A DNA stretch of 64,000 bases from Camelus ferus (lineage: Eukaryota): assembly GCF_009834535.1 (NCBI RefSeq), contig NC_045696.1, positions 29,948,001 through 30,012,000 on the forward strand, written 5' to 3'. This document shows, one piece after another, positions 51,088 through 64,000 of this stretch. Position numbers and translations under genes: made by a program. Within the stretch, counting starts at the first letter, position 1. Every line of letters begins with the position of its first letter. Under the pieces are notes generated by a model, which saw only the letters and a program-made list of their open reading frames with translations, did not search any database and was not told the origin of the DNA.

Positions 51088-52255
51088 ATTCCAAAAGTCA
51101 GCATTTCAACCCTGTTCCACATGGATACCATTCTTACCCAGCGTGAGTTGTGATATCTTATACCTGGCTTCCTATGGCTTCTTCACCTCCACATGGGTTC
51201 CAACACCCTACAGGGGTCCACACCTTTGTGAAGATGCTCTACTCACCACCATGGGGCTCCAAAACCCAATTTCAGACTTCACCACTATGAACACCTTCTC
51301 ACTATGGAAGACCTCTGGCAGTCCACTTTGGGCCACTGTGCCAATAGCTTCCCTCACCCACTCACCTGAGGAAACATCTTCCTTGGTCAGTTTCACCAAA
51401 AATGGGAGGGAAATGATGGAAAGGGAATAGAAGAGACATCATTCTTAACAAGAGAGATGCTGGTAGGACTCCGTGAAAAATCAGGAAAACAGCAAGGTAC
51501 CAAATACCTGCATTTCTATCTAACACTATACCAGATACTGTAGTAAGATGAAACAAATCAATAGGGTAAGCATTGGAAAGAACAGATCAGAGTGCTATTG
51601 TTTGGAAATGGTATGACCCTCTACATAGTGAAACCAAAAGAATTTACAAATTATTAGATATAATAAGGGAGTGCAGCCAAATGTTTGGCTATAAATCAGC
51701 ACATCAGTGCATACAAATACATTGTAACATTTCTATTCACTAGTACAAGAACAACAGCAGAAAAAACACAATTAACCAAAAACCCAGTTTACCATAGTAA
51801 CAAAATTATGTTACCTTGAATAAAAACTGAAAAATACCAAAGACTGAATAAAAAATTATAAAATTGTGTTGAAAGACATAAAAGAAAACTTAAAGAAATG
51901 AAGTAGTATCACATGTTTGTGAAAAGACTCAACATAAAATTTTTATATCTTCCCATTTGACCTATAGATTTGATGTAACCCAATTAAAATGTTAAAAGAT
52001 TACTTGTGGATATTAACAAGATATTAATTCTAAGATGTATATTAAAGAGAAAAATGCTAACAATAACCTCATCACTCTTAAGAATACGAAGGGAGGGTTT
52101 GCGTTATCTGATAAAGGCTTCTTATAATGGTAATACAGTATAGCATTAGGTTCAGTGGATACATATACTGACCCACAGAACAGATGATAAACTCCAAAAA
52201 CATATCAATTCAATTAAAAGTGAAGTGTGAAACTTTAGATTTTTTAGAAAAAAAT

Positions 52256-52371
52256 GTTTTTAACATTTTTTAATGAGTTACAGTCATTTTACAATGTTGT
52301 GTCAAATTCCAGTGTAGAGCACAATTTTTCAGTTATACATGAACATATATATATTCATTGTCACATTTTTT
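52256..52371 (-). mobile_element. Very short 3' end of a young camelid-type L1
   Basis: 'cattttacaatgttgtgtcaaattccagtgtagagcacaatttttcagttatacat' is homologous to the L1 terminus at 36001-36056. Confidence 0.88.
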
Positions 52372-52600
52372 ATGAAGAGCAATAACTATAGAAACACAAT
52401 TGATAAATTTGATTCCATTAAAATTGAGAACATTTATTTCTTATAAAGAAGTAAAAAGGCAAGTCACATGCTCAGAGAAAAATATATGCAACATACATAA
52501 CTGACAAAATAACCTCCTCACTCTTTCTCTCTCATATATATATGTTTATTGCTAAGAAGAAAAATACCAAATAAAATAATAGACTAATGGCATAAACAGA

Positions 52601-53184
52601 TGTGGCAGACAGATGCTAGGGTGGGCCCCACCATGATTCCTGCCTTCTGGTATCCAACCATTTGTATAACCCCTCCTCTTGAGTGTGGGCAGGACCAGTG
52701 GCTGGCTTCTAACCAACAGAATATTAGGTGATGGAATGTCACTCCCAGGATTATGTTACATAAGACTGTTTTGCTAACAGACTTGTGCTAGAGACTCTTC
52801 TTGCACGTTTGATGAAGTAAACTACCCTTTTGGGTAAGTCCTTATGGCAAATAAACGTTGGCAGCTGGGGTAACGTCTATAGACTGCAGATGTCTTCTAG
52901 CTGACAATCACCAAGGAACCCAGGGCCTCAGACATAAAGAAGCAAAATGAAGTCTGCCAAACATCTGGACAAACTTGAAAATGGATTCTTCCCTAGTTTC
53001 GAGTGTCCAGGTGAATATTCAATCTGACCATCATTTTGATCATACCCTTGTGAGACTCTAAATAGAGGAACCAGCTTAGTCATGCCTAAATTCCTGACCC
53101 ATGGGAACTATGAGATCATAATTGTGATTTTAGTTTTAATTAAGTTGATGGTAAGTTGTTAAACAGCTATAGATAACTAATACA
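52601..53184 (+). mobile_element. MLT1 (MLT1E-like) solo LTR
   Basis: Start 'tgtggcagacagatgctagg', internal 'cttgagtgtgggcaggacc...cttctaaccaacagaata', end 'atagataactaataca'. Confidence 0.92.
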
Positions 53185-53722
53185 ACATGTATTTTGCAGA
53201 ATTTGAAAGACATTTGGCTAAGATGTATGTATTTAGTCTGATTAGTCATCAGGAAAATGCAAATCAATTTACAGGAAAAGTATAATCATCTAATCATCTG
53301 AAAATAACAAGTGCTGATGTAGAGGTAGATAAAGTAGAGTCCATTTTCTTTGGAAGTTTAAATTGGTTCAGTTGGTTTGAAAATTACTTTGGAATTATCT
53401 TGGAAAGTTGAGCAGTGGACTTGCTCCTAGCATGGGAGGATTGGGTTCTGGACTCAGGAGAGAATATGTAGGTGATGAAAGTTCTCATTCTTGTGTTGGG
53501 TGGTAATTGGTAAGTGCTCATTTTGTTGTTATACTTATAAATTACTTATCTGTTATAAATATTCTTTTGAATGTTTTGTGAATGTTTAGATGGTATATGA
53601 TTAAAAAGTTATTAAGTAAAATGGTAATATCTTTAAAAGTATTTTAAAGATTTAAAGAGATTTAAAAATGACAAACTGCTCTTAGAAACATACAAAACAC
53701 TGACTTCTGCCGTCACGAGGTG

Positions 53723-53723
53723 G

Positions 53724-53755
<32 letters not shown>

Positions 53756-53756
53756 A
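53723..53756. repeat. (TG)n(AG)n microsatellite
   Basis: Seen directly. Confidence 0.9.
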
Positions 53757-56700
53757 TAAGTATTAGAAATGGGTAAAATTGTGATGAAGCATGAATGATA
53801 CCATTAAAATACTTTAATACTACCTTTCTAAGAGAAAATACTTATACAATAAAAATTAATTATTTGGAAACTTTACCTCCTTTCAGATAATGTTCACATT
53901 CCTGTATTTGAAACTTGATGTTGCACTGAACTCTTTCCATCTCAGAATCATATGCTAATACTCCTCCCTTGGGGATAAATGCCATGGCCTTCATCTAGGA
54001 CCTGTAAAATTATCATTTGCCAATTTTTAAAATTGTGTCAGGTAATTTATGGAAAATACATTAATTTGCTTTATTCAGAAGAATGTCCAAAGCTGTTCAG
54101 AGGTAGGTGATACAAACTGTAGCGTTATCACTATTGAATACAATGAAATATAGCATGACCAGAAATAATGTATCAAATTTCTGTCAGATTAACCTCTTTT
54201 AGTTTTATTTTCTTTATATAGTATTTGATTATAAAATCTCTAAAAATTCTAAAAATCCAGTGTCACACACAGTACCTTAGCTAGTAGACCACACTAAATA
54301 TTGAGTCTTTGATACATTAAGCATGTCAAAAGTATAAGATTTTTGTTATTTGAAGTCAAATCTATGAACCCAATAATTCTATTATCTCACCAAATCTTTT
54401 TCCAACAATTAAAAAATGGTAATATTTCAATGAAATGTTTCATAAATGAATAGCAAAAATTTTTTGTTTGTCTCTGTTTTCCACAGGTCTCCAAATTTAT
54501 ATACACACACTTATATAAACATATATAAATATATATGTAGCTTTTCATTTTTTCCCTATAAGGTGATTTTTAAATAAGACATGGCCAGTAAAATAGGCAA
54601 CACTAACATTTTTATAACCTTAAAAATAAAAGAAAAAACTAGAAGTGTCCTTGTATAACTTCAAGATCTGTTTGACTTTCAGGTAAAATCAAAGACTTTT
54701 CTACAGTTTATTCCCATTTTTATATTGAGCTTACTTTAGTCTCAGTAGAACTATGATATACTGTTCCCTTTGGAATAAGAAACAAGTAACATGGATGGCT
54801 TAATAGGGAATTTGACTTTGAATTTATTTCCCATTTAAGCTTCAAGAAATTTTCACAAAGACTGAAATGTTTTGGACTATTTTTAAAAGAACAAACAGAA
54901 TTCTCCCTGCTCATACACTATCTACAGGCTAAAAAGCACTCTGACAGCTAAAAAAAAATCCCTTTGAGATGGCAGAATGGAACCCCGAGTACAGTACTTC
55001 TTCTAGCATAATGTCATTGAACAGTTCTAAGTCCTTTGTTCTTTCTAAGCCTACTTTGAAAATGGAAAAGTTAAAGATGTGCATATGATATAATGGAATT
55101 CTTTGTGCTCTCTTTTATGAGACCAGGATTTTTCATGATTTAAGGAATCCATGAAATTTCGCTATTGTAGGTCCAGTCTTTTCTTTGAATTTAAACATGG
55201 AACTAGGCTATATTTGTGTCCTTCCATGTATTTACAAATCTATTATCAATTTTCTTTATGATGATTATTTTTGTTTAATGTCTCTTTCAAGACAGATGCA
55301 ACTTCTGAACATCAGATATACAGAAGGTGACCGTCTTTATAACAAAAGGAGGTATATTAAACAGGAAGTGATTTGTCCTAAAAAAATGTTTTTTATGTTT
55401 TAGAAATAATGAAACAATTTTGTATCAGTAGTCTTAGTTCTAGAAAGCTGTGATAGTATCATTATTTAAATGTTTATTAAATACATTTTTGCTTATTATC
55501 TGGTTATTTATTGCAAAGGAGGAGATTCCTCACATATCCATTCATAAAATAATTCATTTTTAAGTATTCTCAAATAAAACACTCAACAGACACTGCAGAA
55601 TATAACACAGCCCACTTTTCAAAGTTAAAGTGGAAGTTTAACCATGGTTGCTATCAATTTGTAAAATCTGACTGCAAATATAATAAAAGTTTCTTAAATA
55701 AATACCTTCTTAACATTTCTCCTGATTTCAAGTATAAAAGAGTTTTATAAATTACTTAAAATAGTATAGCAAATTACGTTAATTTTCTTATTCTATTTTA
55801 AAGGATTTTACTTTATTATTTTAATAGTCTTGATTTTAAACACTATCATATCAAGCAAAAGAATATCTTACAGCCATTTCTAAGCTTGATTTTACACTTA
55901 AATCTCTGGAAAATGCACTTCTACACAAGGGAATAGTTCAACTGAGGCTTAGCGTCTGTAACTAAAAGTAATTTTCATTTGAGGTTTGCATATTATGTTA
56001 CCATTTTTATAGATGGCAATTATATAAAAAGTACACTCTATTCTTACCGGTTTAACAAACAAACTCTATTTTGTTTCCTTTGTCCAGTTGTTCAATACAT
56101 TTGAGTAGAAGGTAAAAAGATAAAACTAATTGTCTTAAGGTGTAATAGATGCATGTTCTTGGCTGGCGTCGTTTAGAGAACTTATGGTATTAATTCGAGC
56201 TAAGGCTAGTTGGGAAGCAACATGATTTGTTAGCAATGGTTCAGTATTATAGTTCATTTTTCATACTAATGACAAATATCCTAATGTAGGGATTGAGATC
56301 TAGTTTCCTCACAGGCTGAAGTTATTATTTTAAAGTATTATCCACAAATTGACATAATGTAAACTTACTTCATAAAGACAGTATGTCACTCTTTGAATTT
56401 CACATGAAATATTAACTAGACCAAGGAACATCAGAGTAAAATTTATATTCTATCCTAGGTAGGCAAAAGACATGACTAAACTGGGGCAGAAGATAAAAGT
56501 TCCCTTTGCATGAAGAGTAACTTAAAATGATACAGAAATAGTGTGACTCTGATATAGTTTTGGATTAGATAGGCTGATACCCATCAATTTGTTTTATTTT
56601 CTTTATTTATTTTTGTTTGTCCTGTTCCTTATGAATTCCATTACCTTTCAACTATCGGTTGTGTTAATAAGCTTGAAATTTCAATATGTATTAGTTCTGT

Positions 56701-57920
56701 TGCTTATGGTTACCTTTAAATACACCTTAATCACGTGACTCATGTTGAAGCTTTCCTGGACATGATCGATTTCCTCTTTCCCAAGAGTTGTTAGCTTTCT
56801 TTCATAGTTTTGATGTTAATCAAATTACCTAGAATTTGAATAGTGGCTGAATTCTTTTGATTCCATAATGCGTATTAACTAAACATATTAACTAAACATC
56901 CTAATCAATCTGGTGAAGAATATTTCAAGACAGTTATGATTCACTTGTACACTATTGGCATTTGTTGGACACAGCATAAATCACAAAGAAATTGAACCAT
57001 CCCTGGGATTATACGGATACCTTGATTAATACATTGAAAATACTAGCAACTATAATACAACCTCTGGATGATAACATTAAATTACTTCTAATGAGTGATT
57101 TAAAAGTTAATTGACTACTTTTATAACAGTAACAAATAGAAAAAGATATTTTGTTCCCCAAGCATTTTTCAAAAAATTAATGAGGCAATAAGAGCTATGT
57201 ATAGCAGGTAATCACTTGTTAATTGATCTGTTATTAGGATTATATTAAACCTGGAGTAATATATTTGCTTCCAGATTTCTTTAAAATGGACAAGGTGGTC
57301 ACACCCTTCCTGAAAAAAATCTCTAGTTTGTTGCTTAGGTAACCACTTAGCCATTTATTACAATAGGGAGAGAAGTTGACAGATCATTAGTGAAATAAAT
57401 ATATGATCTCTGTGAACTCACATCTATCTACATGTACTAACTGTCTTGTGATGTGAGAATACATTACAGCCCTCAATAGGCATGTCTCCAAAGTGTTTGA
57501 TGCGAAGAGTATTATGCTGGGGAAAATAAATGCAAAGAAAAATTACCACCCTGTGAGAATTAATTTGCTTTGATTTCATTTGAAAACTTCTAGCTATATT
57601 CAGCAGGATTTCTTAGTGAAGCCCACATGTGAGTTAGCTAGCAGGATGAATGGAATAACTCACCTTTCAACATAACTTTGTTGGCATCCTTCAAACATTA
57701 AAAACTATGAGGAGCCATTACAGTACTTCTGCCCCTCTCCCACCCCACCTCCATGTTTTAGACCTAATTATTTCTATGAACAGGCTTATGTTTTCAGATA
57801 TGGCAATTAATAGAGTCAAACTCATCTACACACTAGTGTCACTTTTCTTTCCTTTTATCATATAATTTGTAGGGATATCTTTCTTCTCAGTCCTTCACTT
57901 GAAATCTAAAGCGCTTTTTT

Positions 57921-57944
57921 TGTGTGTGTGTGTGTGTGTGTGTG
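57921..57944. repeat. (TG)12 microsatellite
   Basis: Seen directly. Confidence 0.95.
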
Positions 57945-59051
57945 ATTTGTCTCTCTTCTTTTTATACACTTTTCAGAACTATTTCCCCCATAATTTTCAT
58001 ATAAAACAAAACAAAACCCTTTTATTGGTTTGTTTTCAAGCTTGAAAGAGCCTTAAGCTCTGACCTGTCCAAATCAGGCATGCTGTCTTCTTCCGCCCTT
58101 ACAAACAAGAGCATATTAATCACGGAGTGAACCAGTAACGATGAATGCCTGATTAACTCCCGGGCCAGAATTAATTACAGCAGAAGCAGTTGTTCTTACA
58201 ACCTAAATTAGAGCTTGTAAGTGATATGGGTAGTCAATGAATTACTGTTTCTGATATGGTGTCCAAAAAATGAGCATTAGATGTGTCTCATTCACACCAA
58301 TAGCAGGTTATACAGTGGGATGAGATTCACATTTCTAGCGCATATTTGTGTATAATTATACTAAAGTTAAAATGAGTCAGAGTTATGGATTTTAATTTTA
58401 CCTCCTGTGGGCAAGCTAGCTGTATTGTTAATTCTCATTGCTTTTCATCCCTACTGTATTTAAAGCCTAGGATTGTTAGTGTGTACACTGAACATGCAGT
58501 ATTAAAATATTTAAAAAACTATGATAAAATAAGAGGCACTTGTCATTTGGCATAATTAATATTCTGTGTTTCTACAACTGCTCATTTTGATTTTTTCTTC
58601 CAGTAGATCCTTCTCTACATCTTTTTTTTTTAAATGAAGATATTCCTTAATTCAAAGAAAGAAACATTTTTATTGCTTTTCTGGGCATTTATCATTGCAG
58701 TCTCTTGTGGAAAAAGGGAAGAAAATTTCTCACTATTTCTTACTTAAAGACTACTTTTTTTTCTCACTTTATTATGATTGACTTTGTGCTATTGTGCCAT
58801 TTTTATGACTGTCCCCAAAGTCAACAACAAATACCTTTTTCCCATCTAACATACTTCTGACAACATACTAGCAAAGCTTTTTTTAGTTTTTACAAGTTCT
58901 CTTCTTGTGTTTTTATTATTTATTTTTCCTTATGCTGAGTGATATATGGATCATTAGGTTATTTGTGATATAAGATGACCATTATGGGTTTTGGTCTATT
59001 TTTTTCATCTTTTCTATTTCATGATTTTTTTCTAAACTTTTTAAAGTAATT

Positions 59052-59098
<47 letters not shown>
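59052..59098. repeat. (TA)n(TG)n(TA)n microsatellite
   Basis: Seen directly. Confidence 0.95.
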
Positions 59099-59496
59099 TC
59101 ATTCCAGCATTTTAACAATGACTTTGAAACTCAAAAGAAATCACACAATTGTACTTTGTACATGTGCTTATGTAAAGTAGATATATGAAGTTTTTGTTTA
59201 GTGATTTAGAGGATTTGAGATTGCTAGTCACTAAGGTTCAAGAATTTATGGAGATTAGTATAATTTGTTGTGAGTTGACACATTCTGTACCTAGTTATTC
59301 TAACTTTATTTTTTAACTTCAAAAAACTTTCTATTCAAAGATGTTTTTAATCTTTCAAGATTAAACATTTAATATTAATGTTTTTCAGTGATTTCCTCTT
59401 CTGGTGATAGGGGACCGGGTGACTAGGACCTATTCCCTACTAGGGACAATTAGAAAATTGGACAAATTATATATTAAAACAATTTCATTGCAAATA

Positions 59497-59978
59497 TGTA
59501 AGTTATATATTATATAGCAAACTAACCCAAACTTAATGGCTTAAAACAGCAACAGTTCATTTAACTCATGATTCTGTGGGCTAGGAATTTTGAGTGTTAT
59601 TCTGCTATAAGCCAGGTTTATCTGAACTCACATAGTTTTCAGATGATGTTACTTTTAGCTGCTTGGCTTACGTACCTTATGTGGAATGGCTGAGATGGCT
59701 GGAGTCTCTCTCCCCAGAGTCTTTCATTTCCCAGCAGAATGCTCTGTGCTTGCTTATACATTATTTGTAAGGCTCCCATGAGCAGCATTTGTAGAAGCTG
59801 CAAGAAACTATTGAGTCTTGCACTTTGAACTTGTGCAGTGCCATATATGCAACATTCTATTAGCCTAAGAAAGTTGCAAATCCAGACTGGATTTAAAGGG
59901 TAGGGACATACACTTTGAGACTCTATCCCTTGATTAGAGGAGCTGTAAAATGTGACCATAGTGCATCTGTCTGCCACA
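59497..59978 (-). mobile_element. MLT1 (older type) solo LTR
   Basis: 'cccaaacttaatggcttaaaacagcaac...ctcatgattctgtgggctaggaattt', 'cattctattagcctaagaaagt' and end 'ctgccaca'. Confidence 0.85.
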
Positions 59979-60329
59979 CAGAGATTTCACAAAGTAGTGT
60001 TGCATTATAGGACTTCCAGAAGAAGGAAGTCTAAAATAGTTAACTTGACATTTGGATCTTTAATCCTGCTTTTATATATTCAAGCATACTGTTGACATCT
60101 TTCTCATAAAATCCATCAGTGTTTCCTCACATATAAGAAATAATGGTCTGTCTTCATTTTTTTATCCTGATTAACTTCTCTGCTTTATTGTCATTGGTGA
60201 TGGTTTGTTGTCTATGCTCATGTCGACCTGCTCCCTATTTTGTAGGCCCTCTTATATAAGTCTGTTAATGGACTTTGTCCAATTTTACATGTTTCTTTCT
60301 TTTCTTTTCTCTCTTCTTTTTTCTTTTTT

Positions 60330-60700
60330 TCATTTTCTTCTACAATGATCTATTCCTGGTTCTCTCAACCATTTTCTATCAACAAATATCCAATCTGCAT
60401 TTCAGCTTTTCCCCATTCTCCTTGTATCTAGGCTAATATTTCTAATTGTCTAATGGGCATTCCCAAGTAGCTCTCTAGCATCTTCAACTCAGCATGTCAA
60501 AATATGAATTTATCATCTACTTATGTTTATTTGCTCTCTCTCCTGAAGTCCATATTTCAATGAATGGCAGAAAAAAAAAATCATCTTAGCTTCAAACCCT
60601 GTATTTGTGTTTGACTTCTTCCTCTTTTTTCCTAAGTCCAGTTTAGTCTCTTTCTGAAATGCTATTCTAATGTTTATCTTGCTTTTAACTCCTGTAGTGA
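60330..60700 (+). mobile_element. L2 fragment
   Basis: 'ctaattgtctaatgggcattccc...catcttcaactcagcatgtcaaaatatgaatttatcatct' is an L2 motif. Confidence 0.7.
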
Positions 60701-61039
60701 ACTTTTGTCGGTTTTTCTGGCTACCTTCCACTTTTCTTTCTCATGCAAATGTCTGCTTCAAGCAACTAAGCGCTTTGTATAGAATTACGACATCACATCT
60801 CTATTCATCGGTTTTGTTATATCTGAAATTCTGTCCCTTTGCCCATAATAACTAATTTAGTCAAGGATATCTGATTATTTAGGCCAAATTGATCCCAAAC
60901 TTACAGAGAAATTGGAAGTAACATTTAATTTTTTTTTTTTCCTCTGAGCTATTTGGGATAACGTTCTATCACTCTCTAAATGGCATGTAATTCCTAAAGA
61001 CCCAAACATTCTCCTCTATAGCAATGATGTAACTATTGA

Positions 61040-61303
61040 GATCATGGCCCCTTTCCTCCGTCTTTAAAGTCAGAAGTGCAGCTATTTTTGAATCTCTTTG
61101 TAACTCTGACTCTGACTCTCCTGCATCCTCCTTTCAATTACAAAGTCTCTTATGATTACATTAGGTCCCCTTGAATAATCAAGGGCAATATCTTTATTTT
61201 AACATCCTTAACTTACTCACATTTGCAGAGTTCCTTTGGCCATGCAAAGTAACATTTTCCTAGGTTCTGTGCATCTTTAAGGAGCCACTATTCTGCCGGT
61301 ACA
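61040..61303 (-). mobile_element. MLT1D-like LTR fragment
   Basis: 'tatgattacattaggtccccttgaataatcaagg...cttaacttactcacatttgcagagttcctttggccatgcaaagtaacat'. Confidence 0.8.
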
Positions 61304-62087
61304 CCATCTAATCTTCAGATCCAACTCAAGTTTTATCAATTGTCCCATCCAATGACATCCTTTATATCAAACTAATAAATCTTGGATCATACATTACATT
61401 TAGTTGTCATGTTTGTTTGATCTCCTTCTATCTGGAACAGTTCCTCAGTCTTAACTTTCATTATTTTGACAATTTTGAAGACTGAGTATAGTTATTTTAC
61501 ATTGTGTGCCTCAGTTTGGCCTTGTCTATAAATCCTCATGATTTCCTTTAGGATTTTCATCCTGTCAGGTAGCAACCAATTTTAATTAGCCATATTACTG
61601 ATTATATTCACTTTGATTACTTGATTAAAGTGGTGTCTTCTGGAATTCCCTAATTTAATTCTACTCCTTTTTCTTTTGGTATCAATGAACATTCTGTGTG
61701 GAGGTATATTGGGACCATATGACTATCCCATTCCTCATCAAAGTTTCAATTTATAAATGTCTTTATATCAGTATGGATACATGGGTAGAGAATTAATTAC
61801 TATTTTACTTGATGGGTTACTATCATTATTTATTTTGATGCTCACATTCTCTTTGATTTAAACAGTGGAAATCCCTTTAAACTATCTTCTGTGTTTTCAT
61901 GACCCCATTATTCTTTGAGTACTTCTGCATTTTCTAGGTGAGCTATAAAATCAACCATTTCTCCAAGAAGATCTAGTGTATTTTATTGTAGGATGATGAT
62001 TAGAAACCAGTATCTGGGTGTTAAATGTGTTTATTGCCACTGAGGTATCACTGCTTTTAGTATCTTTCAGTGGACAGAGATAAGGAA

Positions 62088-62128
62088 TACACACACACAC
62101 ACAGACACACACAAACACACACACACAC
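62088..62128. repeat. Imperfect (CA)n microsatellite
   Basis: Seen directly. Confidence 0.9.
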
Positions 62129-62273
62129 CCCCTTATCAAAACTATGTACTGACACTACCCCTTCATTTCAAGTCCAATACCACATTTTACTTTTCTAGGA
62201 CAAAACTTTTGGAGAAGGAGAAAGAGATAAAATGAAAGAGGAATGAGAGGTTCAGGAATAATTTTTCCTCACA

Positions 62274-63960
62274 TTTATTGTGGTGAAATCTAAATGGAAG
62301 ATAATTTTCCCATTTTAAGTTCAAAATAAAGAGCATTTCCTTCATCCTTAATATTTCTTTATCCTCTTAACAGCCTCTACTGGCCTAGTCCTAGGTAACT
62401 GCTAATCTGCTCTATTTTACTTTAGTTTTGCCTTTACTAGAATTAGACACAAAGGGAATCATATAGCAGGTAGTCTTTTGCATTCAACTTACTCACTTAG
62501 CATAATGCATTTTAGATTATCCGTGCTGTTGCATTATCAATGATTTGTTCTCTTACTAAGTAGTATCCTACAGCATGGATATATTGCAATTTGTTTACCT
62601 ATTCATCAGTTGATGACCTTTTGAGTGATTCTTTTGTTTTTATGAGTAATTCTGTTATAAACATTTGTACACAAATCTTTGCAAGAAAATATGTTCTCTT
62701 TCTCTTGGGTCAGTAATTAGGACTGTGACTGCTAGGGTTTATGATGTATATGTTTAAATTAAAAGGCATTGGCAAACTTTTCAGAGTAGTTGTAATATTT
62801 GGTTTCATGTACAATATATGAGAGTTCCTTCTGCGCCACATCCTCTCCAGCGCTTGGTAATGTTGGGCTTTTTAATTTTAGCCGTTCTTATGGGTATGTG
62901 GTGCTATTTTATTGTGTTTTTTCTTTGTATTTCTATGATGGCTGGTACTATTACACATCTTTTCATTTGTTTATTGTACATGTGCATGTTTTCTCATAAA
63001 GAAATGCCTTTTCAAATTTTTTGCCATTTACTAATTGGGTTGTTTGTCTTGTTATTGTTGAATCATAGGAGTTATTAATGTATTCTAAATACCCATTCCT
63101 TCCCAGGTATGTTTTGCAAACATTTCTCCCAGTCTGTAGTTTGTGTTTTCTTTTCTTAACCATGTATTTCAAAGAGCACGTGTTTTTAATTTTGATGAAA
63201 CATAATTTATCATTTTTACCTTTTTATGGTTTCTGATTCTGTACATTATCTAGAAGATCATTGCCTAATGTTACATGACAGAGATTTTTCTCTTACATTC
63301 TTCCAGACGTTTTATTGTTTCAGCTTTTATGTTTAGATACAGGATATATTTTAAGGTAATTTTTGTATGTAGTGTGAAATTTGAGGTTCTTTTTTTTCAT
63401 ATATTTAGCTATCCCAGCTCCATTTGTTAAAAAGACTCTTTTCTCTTCCATTTAGTTACTTTGACAACTTGACTATATATATATATATGTCTATTTCTAG
63501 ACTTCTGCTTTATTCCATTGATCTTCAGGCATACCCTTTATCCCATATCATACATTCTTGACTAGGTTGATTATAGTAGTATAAGTTATTCAACTATGTT
63601 CTTTTTAACAACTTTTTTTGTTAAGTCCCTTTCTTTTTTATATAAATTTTGAAATAGCTTGACAATGTCTTCAAAAAATGTTAATGTTTTATTCAGCCAT
63701 CTAGAGGTCATAATTCCTAGGTGATATATCCCCAAACCTATTGTTAATACCGTATAATCATATGGAAGTTGAAAATAAAGTGGACATTGACAAGTGTAAA
63801 AATATGGAGAGATATTGTGTTCAAGTGACATCTTTTGAGCCTCTGAATCAAGCAGCTGTTTGATTTTCAGTTACTTGATACAATAAATTCTATCTTTTGA
63901 ACAAATCTATTTAAGTTGCTTTTTTGGGATCCCTTGCAAATAGTAGTCCTAAGTTTTTAC
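62274..63960 (-). mobile_element. Old L1 (L1MB/L1MC-type) 3' UTR plus ORF2 3' part
   Basis: 'tttattgtggtgaaat', 'ctcacttagcataatgcatttt', 'atatgagagttcc...ccacatcctctccagcgcttgg', 'ttttgcaaacatttctcccagtctgt' and 'ccatttgttaaaaagact'. Confidence 0.9.
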
Positions 63961-64000
63961 ATTCCCATCACAGCTACTCTAGTTCAGACACTTTTTATGT

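Larger units (their letters stand above)
51440..53610 (+). mobile_element. Ancient L1 (L1ME/L1MD-type) ORF2-3' fragments with nested insertions
   Basis: 'ggtatgaccctctacatag', 'gttgaaagacataaaagaaaacttaaagaaatg', 'ttgataaatttgattccattaaaatt' and 'tagtcatcaggaaaatgcaaat'. Confidence 0.8.
60870..62190 (-). mobile_element. L1MC-type 3' UTR interrupted by an MLT1 fragment
   Basis: 'acatttagttgtcatgtttgtttgatctccttctatctggaacagttcctcagtctt', 'ctttgattacttgattaaagtggtgtct' and 'accatttctccaagaag'. Confidence 0.85.

Noticed and set aside
56873..56898. 13-bp tandem duplication tattaactaaaca x2
   Set aside because: Real but an ordinary slippage event in AT-rich DNA.
1..64000. Host gene identity or a novel multi-gene system
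   Set aside because: No coding exons were recognised. All homologous ORFs are transposon-derived and disrupted, so naming a gene or system would be unsupported.

Overview
AT-rich mammalian non-coding DNA (intergenic or deep intronic). It is most likely camelid (alpaca/camel lineage), judged from a Vic-1-type tRNA-derived SINE at 24632-24762 and the L1 3' ends. I find no convincing host protein-coding exon, RNA gene or CRISPR array. The only ORF-track entries with recognisable homology are decayed L1 ORF1/ORF2 pieces. Much of the window is transposon-derived: young and old L1, L2, MIR, MaLR/MLT1 and MLT2 LTRs, two ERV-type solo LTRs and hAT/mariner DNA-transposon fossils. Two long repeat-poor tracts (about 39.7-48 kb and 53.8-59.4 kb) contain enhancer-like blocks. 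Most notable observations: (1) a TSD-flanked L1 at 35975-39446 that keeps its 5' UTR, ORF1 and 108 codons of ORF2, then jumps to the last ~90 nt of the 3' UTR (a 'half-L1' structure); (2) an ancient RTE-clade reverse-transcriptase fossil at about 32935-33940, readable only across frameshifts and missed by the ORF track; (3) a CpG-retaining, motif-dense block at about 41.9-42.6 kb with an 11-bp inverted repeat; (4) a near-identical 80-bp local duplication 3.77 kb apart; (5) several rearranged L1 fragments. I do not see a demonstrably new biological system. Repeat family names are from recalled consensus sequences, not a database search, and many boundaries are approximate.
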